Part shown: positions 48,443-61,713 of the stretch, in pieces
Layout of the letters: each line of letters opens with the position of its first letter
Numbering within the stretch: the first letter of the stretch is position 1
Source: Ministeria vibrans ATCC 50519
Lineage: Eukaryota > Protista > Filasterea
Reading direction: 5' to 3'
NCBI GenBank assembly: GCA_943704425.1
Contig: CALSCP010001214.1
Coordinates: 1 to 64,000 of the forward strand
Length of the DNA stretch: 64,000 bases
The notes under the pieces: generated by a model
The model's input: only the letters and a program-made list of their open reading frames with translations
The model's database searches: none
Told to the model about the DNA's origin: nothing
Made by a program: the position numbers and the translations under genes

Positions 48443-48783
48443 CGATTATAATGCTTCTTTACTGACGCCACTTAAATGCGTACTGTTACAGGCCGAAAGA
48501 AGAAGAAGGTCATTACGTTTGATACGCACAAGGACAGTGAAGGAGATGAAGGCATTGTGCAGCAGTCTGTGATGAAATCAATGGTAAGCATGCACAGTCA
48601 GTCAGTCTGGGTTCTTCTCATTTGTGTCTCTTTTATGTCTTACACTATCAACGTGCGTAGGACGACGGAGTGGTTGACGCCGAAGAGATCAAATCTAAGG
48701 TGGAGGCGGATCTGGCGCAGTCAGAAGCGACCAAGGACAAGGCGTGGCAGAATATGCAGAGCACGCGCGGGAAACGCGAATGA
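41193..48783 (+). CDS. PTB-domain + ~17 filamin (Ig-FLN) repeat protein lacking CH actin-binding domains (gene C)
   Basis: Exons 41193-41324, 41459-41661, 41835-47211 and six or more small 3' exons, with compatible phases. N-terminal FNCRAFGSV...MVLSLDFNGIVMLD...IAFVT...YICHVF fits a PTB fold. Repeats A.G.GL...F...V.DP.G...Y.P..PG.H.I...SPF.V.V fit filamin repeats. Confidence 0.88.
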
Positions 48784-49241
48784 GAAACAGACACACGGAG
48801 AGATAATAGATAGAGGGAGAGAAAGAGCGTGTGTCTGTGTGTGCGCAGACGGAGAGAGATTTTCTCATTCATACGAAGTAGACAAACATCTACATCTCAA
48901 TCAATACACAATATTATTTCTATAAATATAGTATTATTAATTTATTAGTATGAAGAAAAGGCTCTGAAGTTTATTATTTATTTATGTCTTATTATTTTCC
49001 TGTGCCTCCTTACATTCTTCTCATGGGTGTATCAGTGGGTCAGGCTCACTCACTGGGTCTATGGGCTTCTTTCGGGACATTCTCGTGTTCTGTTGTGCTG
49101 CTCTTTGTTTTGTAGACAGTTTTGTTTTGACAGTGAGGATTCTCTATTATTATTATTTTTCTTATTCTTGAAAATTGAAATTTGATCACTTCTTTGTTAA
49201 TAGTTCCCCGTTGTTCTTTCATCAAGGCGGCATTGGACGAT

Positions 49242-50148
49242 ATGATGTTCTCGAAGGCGTCCTTTGGCGCTATCCTGCTTGCGACGGCGCTCCTTTGCGC
49301 CTCTGTTGTGTCTGGTCATCCGGAGCCTCTGGCGGCCGGTGTGACGGTCAACTGCACCGACCACCCCGCTCCCATGTCGTACCACATTCACATCATCTTC
49401 ATGCAGTACGACACGGACCAAATGGCGCGCGCCGTTGCTCTGCGCACTGAATTCGAGTCTGCCTTTGCCCATTTGCTTGGCCCTGACCCCAAGTGCTCGG
49501 CGGCCGTCGAGGGTGGCCGATACAGTAAGACGAGCGATTGTTGTGCAATCGAGCGTGGCCGTGCATGCGACAGTCGATGGCTGTGCATTGAGCGGCGTGA
49601 TTTCATTTTGGATGACAACACTACGTACAACAACAGTACTTGTCTAACTCATTGTCTCTCAATCGTCAGACAACGGCCGATTCTGCATGATCTATGACCA
49701 CACGCCCGACCAAATTCTTGCGGGTGCGCCATTCCCAGCGGGCGAGTGGTCTGCGTTCGTCACGGTGCCCGTCCTGCCGATGGTGGTGCCGTGGCTCACG
49801 CAGCATCGCGGCGAATTCACGCTCCTTGTGCACCCCAACACCGGCTGTGAGTACGAAGACCACTCCATCTGGGCCCTGTGGTCCGGTCCACAGTGGCCCC
49901 TTGATCTGGTCCATGCCAAAATGATTCCATGGCAGCAAACCAACGAGTTTAACCACACACTGGGCGACGCAGGAAATCCTGAGTGTCTCAAATCAGGACT
50001 CGTCTGCGGAAAATCGGTAACTGCAAACAAGGGAGTCTTCGTCCTATTGTTTTTTATTTTATTTTTTTCTGGGTAGTATCCGCAAATGGCCTGTTGCTCT
50101 GGCTCCTGTGCCCAATCTCAACAAAACTCTCTCTTGACGTGTCAGTGA
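49242..50148 (+). CDS. Secreted DOPA 4,5-dioxygenase-family protein with a C-terminal 6-Cys (knottin-like) module, 3 exons
   Basis: Signal peptide MMFSKASFGAILLATALLCASVVSG; SYHIHIIF...VVPWLTQHRGEFTLLVHPNTGCEYEDHSIWALWSG (Dopa dioxygenase family motifs); exons 49242-49524, 49670-50016, 50077-50148. Confidence 0.82.
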
Positions 50149-50197
50149 AAATGCTTTTTTTGGGTTGTATTGGAACAGTCAGTGATGTTAATGTTTA

Positions 50198-51023
50198 TTA
50201 GTGAATGAGTTGAGAAGACCATTTGGGAAAGACGCGTTTGTAAAGAGCCATAAGAACCGTGTCTTGTGATTTGAGTTGGCCATCAAATGTGCATTTCATA
50301 TGGCCATGAGTACCTAAGAGAACATTGCATGAGGGTAAGTAGACGCGTTGTGTTCAGCATTTCTTACCCAGCGGCTCTTTGATGTTTCCTCTTCGCCCCA
50401 TTTTCGTGTACAATTCAACTGGTTTGAACCACATAATATCCTCTATAAAACAACAATACAATAAGCATAATGAATTTATCAGTATTATTACAGCCAGTGA
50501 CATTCTTTGTGTTGGAGGACTGACCTCGATTGAAAAACATAAACCGAATGGTCGCAAATCGCTTATTGATGGTAAACGGATGACCTAATAATTATAATAA
50601 CAGAACATTTTGATTAATAATAATACTACTAATTATTTCGAGGGGACTTTGCCTGACCGGAAAGGAGAATTTTCTTGATAATGAGCCGATCGGGATTCGC
50701 ACCCAAAACAGAACCAGAACCCAAAAGGCGAAGAGACAAATCTGAAAATAAAAGACGCACACAATGTAAATTGAATTGAAACTCGTTACTATGAAAGATT
50801 GAGATTGAGGATTGGCATTGATTGCGCGACTTGAGACACCTTCATCTTGTACCTTCGTTTTCAGCAAAGACCAAAATGGGCATTGGAGTGTACGTGACGG
50901 GCAGAAACGCAGTTGCAACTGCACTTTCCCCTAAAAAAACAGTAGCACAGAGAGAACAAAAGGTCAGTTTAGACGTGCAGGGAACTTTCTTAAAAGACAA
51001 TGTGGCGCGTGCTGTGTGTGTGT

Positions 51024-51109
<86 letters not shown>

Positions 51110-51268
51110 TTTGTTTGTACCGGTTCGGAGGAAACGGAGATATTTGAATTTGCGTTTTGAGCCGGTTGCCAGTTGAGAGAAGATGGGAGAGACGCGGAAG
51201 CGACGGAGACCCATTTGGACGATAAGGGGCTGTTTGGAGGCGATGGTAGTGGGGGGGAGAGAATGGCT

Positions 51269-51332
<64 letters not shown>

Positions 51333-52022
51333 AGAGGATAAGGTTAGGAAGCATAAGACGTACCTTCTTGCTCCGTTCCCGTGTGACAGGGTCAGACTAA
51401 AGTGCATTACTGTCATCTTTGTTTCGTGGCGCAACAGCGAGAAGACTGTCACTGACTTGATCAAGAAGTCACTCTGAAGTTTCTCTGGTTAAAAAAGGAA
51501 GAAAGTAATATATTAGAGCATTTTCGTGGTTAACAACAAATAAAATTATTATTAGTATTAGTATTATTATTATTATTTTTATTATTATTGTTGTTGTTGT
51601 TCTTACGAGCTTGTTCAAGAGTCACATTCGCCACATTCAAAGTCACATAAGTACCAGGCTATAAAAAAGTGCATAAAAAAACTCTGTCAATCACACATTC
51701 TCTCACTCAGAATCAATCGGTCTCTCTCAGTAACACGCTCCTCTCTCTCTCGCACCAAAATCTCATTCTGGTGTTCTGTAATGGCCCGTTTAAAGGCGCG
51801 CGAGAGATTCTCAAACTGAAACACTCGAGCGTAATCACGCGGTAGATTCTCTTTTGGATCCCACTGCGAGTTTTGGAAATGTTTCAGTCCCCGAAACCTA
51901 CAATAAACAGAGCGTTAGAAATCAAAAAAAACAAATTCACACTCGAATACAAAAAAATGTCACTGTGATTGAATCACACGCACACGCACACAAAGCTTTT
52001 CTGATTAAATATCACACACACA

Positions 52023-52081
<59 letters not shown>

Positions 52082-53850
52082 TTATATAATAAAACTCACT
52101 TCTGGAAACGCACTCGGGCAGGCATATCAACTGGGGTATCGACTTCATCGGGAAATAGCGCATCTTCCTCACTGCGTTCCACCTGCCTCTGCTCCCGCAA
52201 CATCCGCAGCTCCTGCTGCTCTTGTGCCTCCCCTCCTTCACCGTACTCCTCTTCATCGTACTTGCGTGCGTCCTCTCCGCTTATTGTCACCACTTCCATT
52301 TCTTCCTCCTCTTCCTCCTCTTCCTCACTCATAGCCATCTCCTCATCACCACTCGCTTCCTCCCCCCCCTCTTCATCATCATCATCATCATCACCATCGC
52401 CATCCTCATCCGGAATCCACGCCGCCTGATACGAGCTGGTTCCCTTGGGGACCCGTCGCCGCACCACCTGTGCCTGCGCTGACGCCACCAGTCGCTCCTC
52501 CGCCTCTGCCAGTTCTTCCTCGGTGGGCCACGTCTGCTCCCCTTCCATCGGATCCAACTCCACCTCCTGCTCCAGAGAATGCTGCTCAGACACATTCGGC
52601 TCACTCAGAACTCCCATATGACTCCCTTCCTCCTCCCCCGAGACAATGTTTTTCAGCTGGAAGTCGCCAATGCCAGGCAGATGCACCACCACATTGGCCG
52701 ACAGTGCTCGTCCGCCACGCACAAACCCCGTCACACTCAGCGTCTGATCTCCCTCGTTGTACCCCAGCTTCTCGGCAAGCACGTAGGGCCGTGCATTGCG
52801 CCACTGTACTCCGGTTTGTGCCGTACGCGACGACAAGTGACGCACTAGCGTCGCTGTGTTGGTGGGCAGCTCTGTGTCGTAGACGCGTCCTTCGCCCGCC
52901 GGAAAGAACTGTGCAATGCTCGCCAGCAGTGTCTTCTTCTCCGCCTGCAGTCGTCGATTCGCCTGGTCACGCTTGGTATGTGCTGTGCGTGTCTGATCAA
53001 CGTCCATCGACTTGGCCGCCACATTTGCCGAGGGTGCAAGCACATGGATGGTTGTCGTGAGTCCCTGTCCCAGAAAGCACGACAACAAATGATCGCGCTC
53101 CGTCGTGTCTTCCAGCGGCGTGTGCAGCAAAAGGAGTACATCGGCACACATGGCGGCATCGAGCGTGGCTGCGACGGCGTTGGGTCCGCCGAAGGAGCAT
53201 GGCATGAGCGTCAGACGTCGACGAGCCGCCACAACATTCACCGTAAACAGTCCGTTGGCACCAACACTGACAAATGCGCTCTCTTGACTCCCCTCGCGGG
53301 TGTAGTCCGGGTCGGATTCACGGACGGTGTCAACAAGGCGGTGGATGGCCGCGGTGCATCGCTCAGAGGCGTTCTCCGAGAACAGCGGAATGACTGCGAC
53401 CACAAGAGGCGCCACACCGCCGCCAATGCCGCTGCGCGCCGCCTCCGAACCCGAAGCCATGGTGGCGGCAAGTCCTCGGCGCTCGTCGTTCATCTTGCGA
53501 CGCTTCTGCTTCATCTACGGAGCGAGGAAAAGGGCACGAGAGAATCATTCGACGGCCGGCACGTGGAAACTTAAAAACGACGTCATTGCGACGGACTGAC
53601 CTTTTGCTGCGCAATGGCACGACGCTGTTTCTTGTCCATCTTGTCTGTGCGCTGCTTCACCGACGGCGCCGCAGTGACACGGCCGCCGAAGTCTGCATCG
53701 ATTTGTCCTTTGGTGCGAAACCGTGACTTGTGCGACTTGTTCGTCTGGCAGGGGAGAGAGCGCCACGTCAACAGCAGTCCATGCGCACAATTAAAAACCC
53801 CCCCTCAACTGTACCTGTTTGAGACCAGACGATCGATGGTGGTGATCCAT
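50198..53850 (-). CDS. TSR1: Pre-40S ribosome biogenesis factor TSR1
   Basis: [19 protein letters not shown]; [11 protein letters not shown]; VTGFVRG; [11 protein letters not shown]; [14 protein letters not shown]; [14 protein letters not shown]; FPDEVDTP...ARVRFQK; [14 protein letters not shown]; [10 protein letters not shown]; [12 protein letters not shown]; LYKRVFPKW. Confidence 0.96.
51030..51105. repeat. (GT)n microsatellite in a TSR1 intron
   Basis: Directly visible. Confidence 0.95.
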
Positions 53851-54156
53851 TCTGCAACAAAGAAAAATATTGATAATTGAATTCAATGCCTTTTGACTTG
53901 TTTGGACATATTTTGTCATTTTCATTTTTGTGCGTGTACTTTGCAGTCGTCCGACTCCAAGTTCCTACTCTGCCACTGGATATGAATTCAGATCAGATGC
54001 TAAGAGAACACATACTCATAAATCTGAATCTGTGAATCATGCAATTTAGTCACTTTTTTTCACTTCACCTCTCAACACTAAACCAGTTGCCACAGATCTT
54101 CAAGGCACCACTCGCCCGTCTCCTGAGTTCTGAGTTCTGTCTGATCATTTTTCACG

Positions 54157-54732
54157 ATGCAATGCCGTCTGTCCAAACCGGCCGTGCACAGTACCCTGAC
54201 AATCCCTTGCGCTCTCCACTCGCCCTGACACCCTCCTCCACCCCCCCCTCGCCTCCCACCCACGTGCAGCCTTGGCCAGAATAATCCATTGTCTGTCGAA
54301 GGTCGGCGAAGACCTCTACTTCGAGGCACATCTCGAAGAGGTTCGTTTCAAACGCGTTTTTGCAACGCGCGCCCAAAAAAAAAAACATAAACTGCCGTCT
54401 CGTTGACTGGCCCTGCCTGCTGTGGCTCTCGCTCATGAACTGTGCATCGGCAGAGGCATGCTGGTGGATTGGACTGATGATGTTTGTTATATTATTTTTT
54501 GGTGTGTGTGTTTTGGGTGTTTGTTGGTCGAACATTCGTTTGCGTTTCTGACAATTTCGCATTGTTCTATCAACTCTGCAGCTCGTGGTGCGCTCCATGA
54601 ACAACTCACGATCGGCCTTTGGACGATTTCGACTCAATCTGGGCTTCTTTGAGGAGTATACACTTGACGAGCCGGACAACAGCTACGCCATCAAGTGCAA
54701 AGTGAACATGCGCGTAAGTGAGAAAGAAAGAG

Positions 54733-54825
<93 letters not shown>

Positions 54826-55209
54826 CTGGGCCTCACACTCACACATGTACTATCGTGTTCCACTTCTTTGTACGTCTTTTCTTTCAGTCGTGCTTGCATG
54901 CGTTTCGATCACTGTCGCTTATTGAGCGCACCGTCGAGGGCTGTCTAATGACCATCGATTCGAGCGAGTGTGTCGTTTCTTTCCGAATGCTCTGCACCCA
55001 AAGCATCGCCCGGTGCTACATACTTCCGTTCAATGAGAGCGACTCACTCGTCGTCAATTTCAATCGAAACAACTGTGCCAATTGCTTTGTGGCGTCACCC
55101 GCTGTGCTCGCCGACTGCTTCGCCAAGTTCCCCACTAAGCTTGACGAAATCACTCTGACTTTTACAGAGACATCCATGTCTGCCCGAAGTGCCATTGATG
55201 ACTCAGGTA

Positions 55210-55248
<39 letters not shown>

Positions 55249-56748
55249 TACATACATATACATACATACACACACACACCACAAAGTCACACCACATATG
55301 CACGCACTACCAAAAACACTAAGCACTAAGCACAACTGAACACATTCGCACCGATCACATATGTGCACACACAGAGAAAGAGAGAAAACACACGTACATA
55401 CATATGTATGTATATATATATATTATATTATAGCTTTATATATATAATACATGCACCCACCATGCATATAAACACTCGCATACCATTGGACTGTTTATAT
55501 TTCCTGATCTACTGACTTTTGGTGTCTTGCTTTCTCTCAGTCGATCTGAATCAGCTGCTTCAAACCGAACTGAAACTTGATGCAGCTGAATTTACTCGAT
55601 TCTCCATTGCCAAGAACACAGAAGTATGCGAACTCCGTGCACACATGTGGTGGCGACAGCCAATCCAATTGTTTTTGTGTAGATTACATTTTGCTTGCGG
55701 GAATTGCGTGCCATCATTGCCTTTTGCGAAGCTGGTAACTACCTTCCGCTTGAGTTTGGTTCCGATGCACCCGGAAAGTAAGTTTGTAATCGATCCATGA
55801 CGTGTCTCTGAGTGTGTCTGTCTCAGACCGATCATTGTGACGGTGGACCAGGAAGCATCGTACATTGCGCACATTGTGCTGGCGACACTGGCAAACAGCA
55901 GTACCAGCGGTGTGACCCAAGACACAGATCCATCGAGCAGCAATGCGTGCAGTGCCGCTCAAAACCACCAAAACCAGCAACACCAGCAGCAGCAACAACA
56001 CTTCTCACCACAAGGAGGGCAGCTCTCTCGCGCCGACGACGACGACGACGACGACTATGCTGCCGATGCGGCTATTATGGCCATTGACAACGATCTCTCT
56101 CAGGGTGTTCTCCCGCAACACTCTCCACTGACACCACACACTCCTCAACAAAAATCAACCACCATCACTCTGGACTCGCCGCTGCGCAGACCACTGCGTG
56201 ACTCCCCACAGTTGCCCAGCAGCGATGCTCCCATGCCCACCATTGGCAGCAGTGGCGCAGTTGCCCCCGTGTGCCCTCCCACTCCGGGCACCCCTCGTCT
56301 TCTCCAGGCTCTCCGTAGCACAGGCGGTGAAGGGTTTCGCGATGACGATGAAAGTGATGATAGTAACGGTGATGGTGAACCAAACGAACACGTAAGTCAA
56401 TTAATTATTCATTTTCTCCACTCGCCAGCTCACTCGCTTTGTATCTCACTAGTCCGACAACGATGACTACGTGGCTGCAACTCCTCCTCGAAAGAAGGTA
56501 TCGAAAAAGAACAAAATATTATTATTATAATATTATATTGTTATTCTTCTTATTCTTATTATTACATGAATAAATGGGTTGTATTCTTCTTCTTCTTATT
56601 CTTATTATTAGAATAATTTATTATTATTATTAATGGCATCCTTTTTTTTCCTTTGCAGTACAAATCCATCTTTTCAAAGGGTGGTAACTTTGACGATGGC
56701 GACGACGACGAAGAGGACGATGACGATCAAGACACGACTGACATGTAA
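54157..56748 (+). CDS. RAD9: RAD9, 9-1-1 checkpoint clamp subunit
   Basis: LARIIHCLSKVGEDLYFE; VRSMNNSRSAFGRF..FFEEY; CKVNMRSCLHAFRSL...ERTVE; ITFCLRELRAIIAFCE; IVLATLA; disordered acidic tail. Confidence 0.92.
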
Positions 56749-56826
56749 ACCCAATTCATTACAATATATTGTAGAACACACAAGAACACAAAAAGACTCG
56801 CTCGACTTTTGTATTTTTCTCGTTGC

Positions 56827-59800
56827 TCAAGAGGAACTCAAATCCATTGCGTTGGAGGAGGAGTGCTGTTGAGACGACTGAACTGCCGAAAATTTCGCTG
56901 AAAGTGCAGCATTGCCACTCACAAGCGAAAGGAGCTCACGCAGTTTCGCATTGGAACCTGAAAAGAGAGAGACACATGGGGGCAAGTGTGAAAAAATGCG
57001 AGTTGAGCTTAAAAAGAATGGGTGTTCGTACCAACATCAGGAATGGTACTGATAGAAGAAAGACACTGCATCGCAGACGAAATCATTTCTTGATTCTTGT
57101 CCACCTAACACCACCACCAACAATAACAACAACAAAAAAGGTATAGTGAAGTGTTAGGCAAACACAGACCCAGACACAAACATGGCAAATTGTACCTCTT
57201 GCTTGACGGCCTTTTCGGCGACTCGAGTCGTAATGGTTGCCTTGAGAGTGTCCACCACAGCATCAAGGTGATGGACTACCACGGGCGCCTTGGTGCTCGC
57301 AAGACGTGACAGCATCATGTGACAAAGCATCTTAATGTCGTACTGGTCCTGACACCTAAAACATGAAAAGTAAAACCAATCTTTTTAATTAATACTATTA
57401 TAATAATAATAAAAAATTAAAGATAGCGCGGGAAGCGGGCGCTTTCATGGTCGAAAAAAATGGGCACATAGAGTCCCAGCGTTTCGAGGATTGCCACCAG
57501 ATCCGTCGACACGGTGTGCACAATGACATCCAGGGCGACCCGGTATAATATTATCATTATTATTAGTAATTTTTATGTTGCTTGCACACTGCATACTAAA
57601 CACTCTCTGATTCTGCTTTTTTTTTGCGTGATTTGTTGTCAATTTCTTACCCACGAATGACATACTCCAGGAAATCAAAGGGACTGATCATGTCGAGACA
57701 GGTCTCTTGCAGCGTGTACATGCACTCAAAGGCAGCCTTGCGTGCCGTGAGTCCATCATCGACAGTGTGCGAAAACGGACCCATTTTGACTTCGCGAATG
57801 AGGTCCGCATTGATGTTGGTCTGGTTGTAAAGGGCGGGCAGCAGCTGTTCAAGGTGATCGCGGAGAACGGCGGGTCGACTGCGTGCCGCCGAATTGAACG
57901 TGACCAGAGCAATGCGACGCACAAATATTTCAGGATCGGCAATGAGCTTGAGGAAGCCAAGAATGTACTGAGGCAGGATGGCGTCGACAGCGTTACGCGT
58001 GTGCGGGTCAGATGTAAGCGTGAATTTGATGGCGGCGACAGCGGCGGAGCGCGCAAACGACGACTCAGACTGGAGGAGAGTCGCCAATCGTGCAAAGAGC
58101 TCGGCGGGTGAGGTTAGAGTGAGTTTGCCAATGCACTCGGCAATCACCGTGTGCGTGCCTTCCTCGTTGTTCGCGCAGTTGGTAAACAGTATGGACCAAA
58201 TACCGTCAATAAAGGGTTGCAACTGCGCAATGCCCTCGGGCGTGCTCGCCTGGATGGTGATTGTTTCACGTAGAGCCTGCAACAAAAGGTACTGGCGCGT
58301 AGGCTGCTCGCGAATGGCCGCCTCGAGACGCGGCAAGAACACCGCCATGTTACCAACCGCAACGCAACCAAGCGCATATGACGCGGCCGCCTTCACCTCC
58401 TCGCATTGATCCGTGATCGACGAGAAAAGTACCTGCTGAATGGAATCGTAGGCGCTCAAATCGTTATGACGACCAATCTCGCCGACCGACAGCAGCGCCA
58501 ACAGACGTACGCTGTCGGATGCACCCGACGCAGGTGCGAGGTCCCCTAAAAACTTGTTGACCACATCCGAAATGCCACCGTTGTTAGCGCTACACACGGC
58601 CGCAACAAACTTGGCGGTGGTTGCAAAGGCTTGCTTGGGCAACACAAGTGAGACCACACCAGAACCCCCCGCGGGGGCAGCGGCTGCTGCTGCGGCGACG
58701 GCAGGTACAGCGGACATGGATGTGGGTGCGAGTGTTTCAGGGTGGTAGACGGGAGCAACAAGGGCATCGAGCAACGAGGTGCTGTTGAGTCCGTCGCGTT
58801 CCATCATGGCAACGCGTCGAAGCAACTGAACAAGTGCCGTGAGAGCGCCACCCTGGAGAAGAGGCGACTTGACAAGCTTTAGAAGCACGTTAATAAGTGA
58901 GGTGGAACGTGTCGAAGAGGTAAGCAGGAGCGCGGCGGCCGCATTGACGGGGCCCAGACAGTCCAAGATGTCCTCAAGAAGCTGGAGTGCGAGGTGTGCC
59001 AAGTAGAGGTCGGTGTCGCCTAGGAGCGCGACCAGTTCGTCGAGGAGTGTCGTGATGAGCGTGTCGCTGCGAGCTGACTGGCAGCGCACAATAGTGGCGC
59101 GCAATGCAGACAGAGCGGCAACGCGGAGAGGACGGCTGTTCTTGCGGAGAAAGCCGGTTAGGGTCTCGACGGCGTCGGCGGCTACCGGCGTCACGTCAAT
59201 AGCAAGGGGTGTCGAAGCAATGAGACAGAAAACGCGGGCGCTTGTAAGACGCGTCATTTCGGAACGGAGACGCTCGACAAGAGAGCCAAGAGCGATGGAC
59301 AGGTGATCACCAAGGGCGTCGCCCATGTTGGCAATGAGACGACCAACGCAAACGATGCTACGCTCCTTCACCTCCTGGTCGACATCGGTGGCGCACAGAC
59401 GTTCCATGGCGCACGTGTAGATACCTTCAAGGTGGGGCACAAACTCAAAGACGAGGTCCGAGTCGGTGTCGGGTGCGAGTGGCCGCATGCAGCGTACGAG
59501 AAGAGCAAGGAGTGCAAGTGCCTCGCTGGACACCTTGTAGAAGGAGTCGCCAACGGCGGCGACCGTGCTGCGCACCAGCAGGGCAGCGTGCGTATGGAAC
59601 ACCGACGGACGATGCGTAGCAACGAGTGTTTGCAAGAGTTGAAGAGCGTTGACGCGCAGGTTCGAAGTGACACCCTTCTCGTCAACCGAGTAGATGATGC
59701 CCGGCAGAAGTGCCCCCAATTGGTTGCCAAGGATGCCTGGCTGCGAGGTGGCGAGCTGGCGAAGCAGGGTGAACACAGCCTGACGTGCCTTGGGGCTCTT

Positions 59801-61282
59801 GTCCTTGAACAGTTTGCGCACAGCACGCACCAGACGCGGCACATCGCTGGCAATCATTACGCCAACGTCCGAGAAGAGCTCCATGGGCGCAGCAACTGTT
59901 GAGGCACTCACGCTACTGAGCACGGCAGTTGACGCCTGAGCGCCCAGCATGGCTGACGAGGACACATCGAGAAGATCGTGATGGCTGTGCGCGAGCGACT
60001 GCGACGCCTGACGCAGCATTTCGACGTAAGTTGCGATGATTTCCACCTTGACATTTTCTTCGCGCTCCTTGAAGCGCGACAGTAGCTTGGCCGAGATGGT
60101 CTGGAAGATCTCACTGAGATGGTGACCCTGCATAGTGACAACAGAGAGGAGGCACTTGGCCGAGGCACGGCGAACCTTCCAGCTCATATCCTCGTCGTCG
60201 GCATAGTCATCGTCGTCGGCATAGTCGTCATCGTCGTTGTTGTCGTCGTCGCCACCAAAGTCGTTGTCGACGTCCTCCACGTCCATTGCCGTCTGGTTGT
60301 CGCCGTTGGCCTCCTCCTCATCGTCGTCGTCGTAGTTGTAGTTGGGATCGTAAGAGACCAGTTCGAGACACAGCTCGACGACGCTTGGAAGATGACACTC
60401 CATCGACTTGATGCAGCCCACAACCATAAGGGCGAGAGCATGAATGCAACCTTCACGGAGTTCGTCACCTTCGCCGTCGTCTTCGCGAGCGCGAGCCAAA
60501 TCGAGCAAGAGCGGTACAACAGTGGCCACATGGGGTGCCATGCGCTGACCCACACGACGAGCAACAACACCGAGACAGTTCACATAGGTCTGGAGCAACT
60601 CGGTATTGCCAGAACAGGCGTCGAGACCCGAAAGAAGCTGGTCCATGAGGTTGGAGAAGAGTGAGTCGGCGGCGGATGCGACTGCACGACCAAGTGCCAC
60701 GGTGACACGCTTGCGTACCACCGCTCGCGGATGATCAAGCAACGGGACAAGAGCTTGCTGAATGGTCTTTTGCTTGGAACTAAGCGCCGGACCAAAGCGC
60801 GAAAGAAGCTCACTGAGCACCTCAAGAGACTCGAGAAGGACGCTCACGTCAGCAACGAGTGTCGCAGCGCCAAGCAGACGGTCCACAAGATGGCGTGTCA
60901 CAGTGGTCGAGTGTGGCGAGTCGACAGGCAGTTGTTGAAGAACAGCCTTGATGCCTGGGAAGAAACAGCAAGAAAATGGAATGTATCAACGGGTGTATTT
61001 GTGATGATTGTATTATAATAATAATAATAGTTCTGTGTATGTGTGTATATATATGCATGTGCTTAGTGTGTGCTTAGTGTGTGTGTGCTTAGTATGTGCT
61101 TAGCACTTTGTGCTTTGCTTGTTGTTAGTGTGTGTCTGTATGTGCTTAGTGCGTGTGCGTGGTGCATACCAACAGCAGAAATGTCGCGAAGTTGCTCTGT
61201 GTCCGACAGGACATTGTCGCACAGCGTGTTAAGGAACTCGGTGATCTGAGCGTCACGAAGACTTCGCGTCAATGGAGCCAAG
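56827..61282 (-). CDS. CAND1: Cullin-associated NEDD8-dissociated protein 1; first exon(s) not visible
   Basis: EQLRDISAVG; YDPNYNYD; DDEDMSWKVRRASAKC; RFKEREENVK; DVDQEVKERSI; EEVKAAASYALG; LIREVKMGPFSHTVDDGLTARKAAFECMYTL. Confidence 0.97.
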
Positions 61283-61668
61283 CTGTGAAAGAGATGAGTC
61301 AGCAGAGAATAAGAGAACCTTCGTGAGTCACAATTCCATTATGAAACATATTGAAGCAGAGAATCGTGCAGTACGGGGAGAGAAGAGGTAGCATAGGTAG
61401 AACGAGGCAGGTGTAGGGTATGGCGAAGTAAGCTAGGGCACTATGAAGGGCGCAGGGAAGGACGAGAAAGTGGCAGGTCGGGTTGACAAGACACAAAAAC
61501 AGTCTTGGGAGTGTTCTTGTCCACCGAGACGACGCAGAGGCAGCGGCAGCATGCGTATAAGTAAACGAAGGTGTCGATGCGACAAAATCCACGCTGGGGT
61601 TGATATAAAATATGTTGGCAGGAGCGCAGTTTTCTTTTTTTTTTTTTTTTTTTTTTTTNNNNNNNNNN

Positions 61669-61711
<43 letters not shown>

Positions 61712-61713
61712 AG

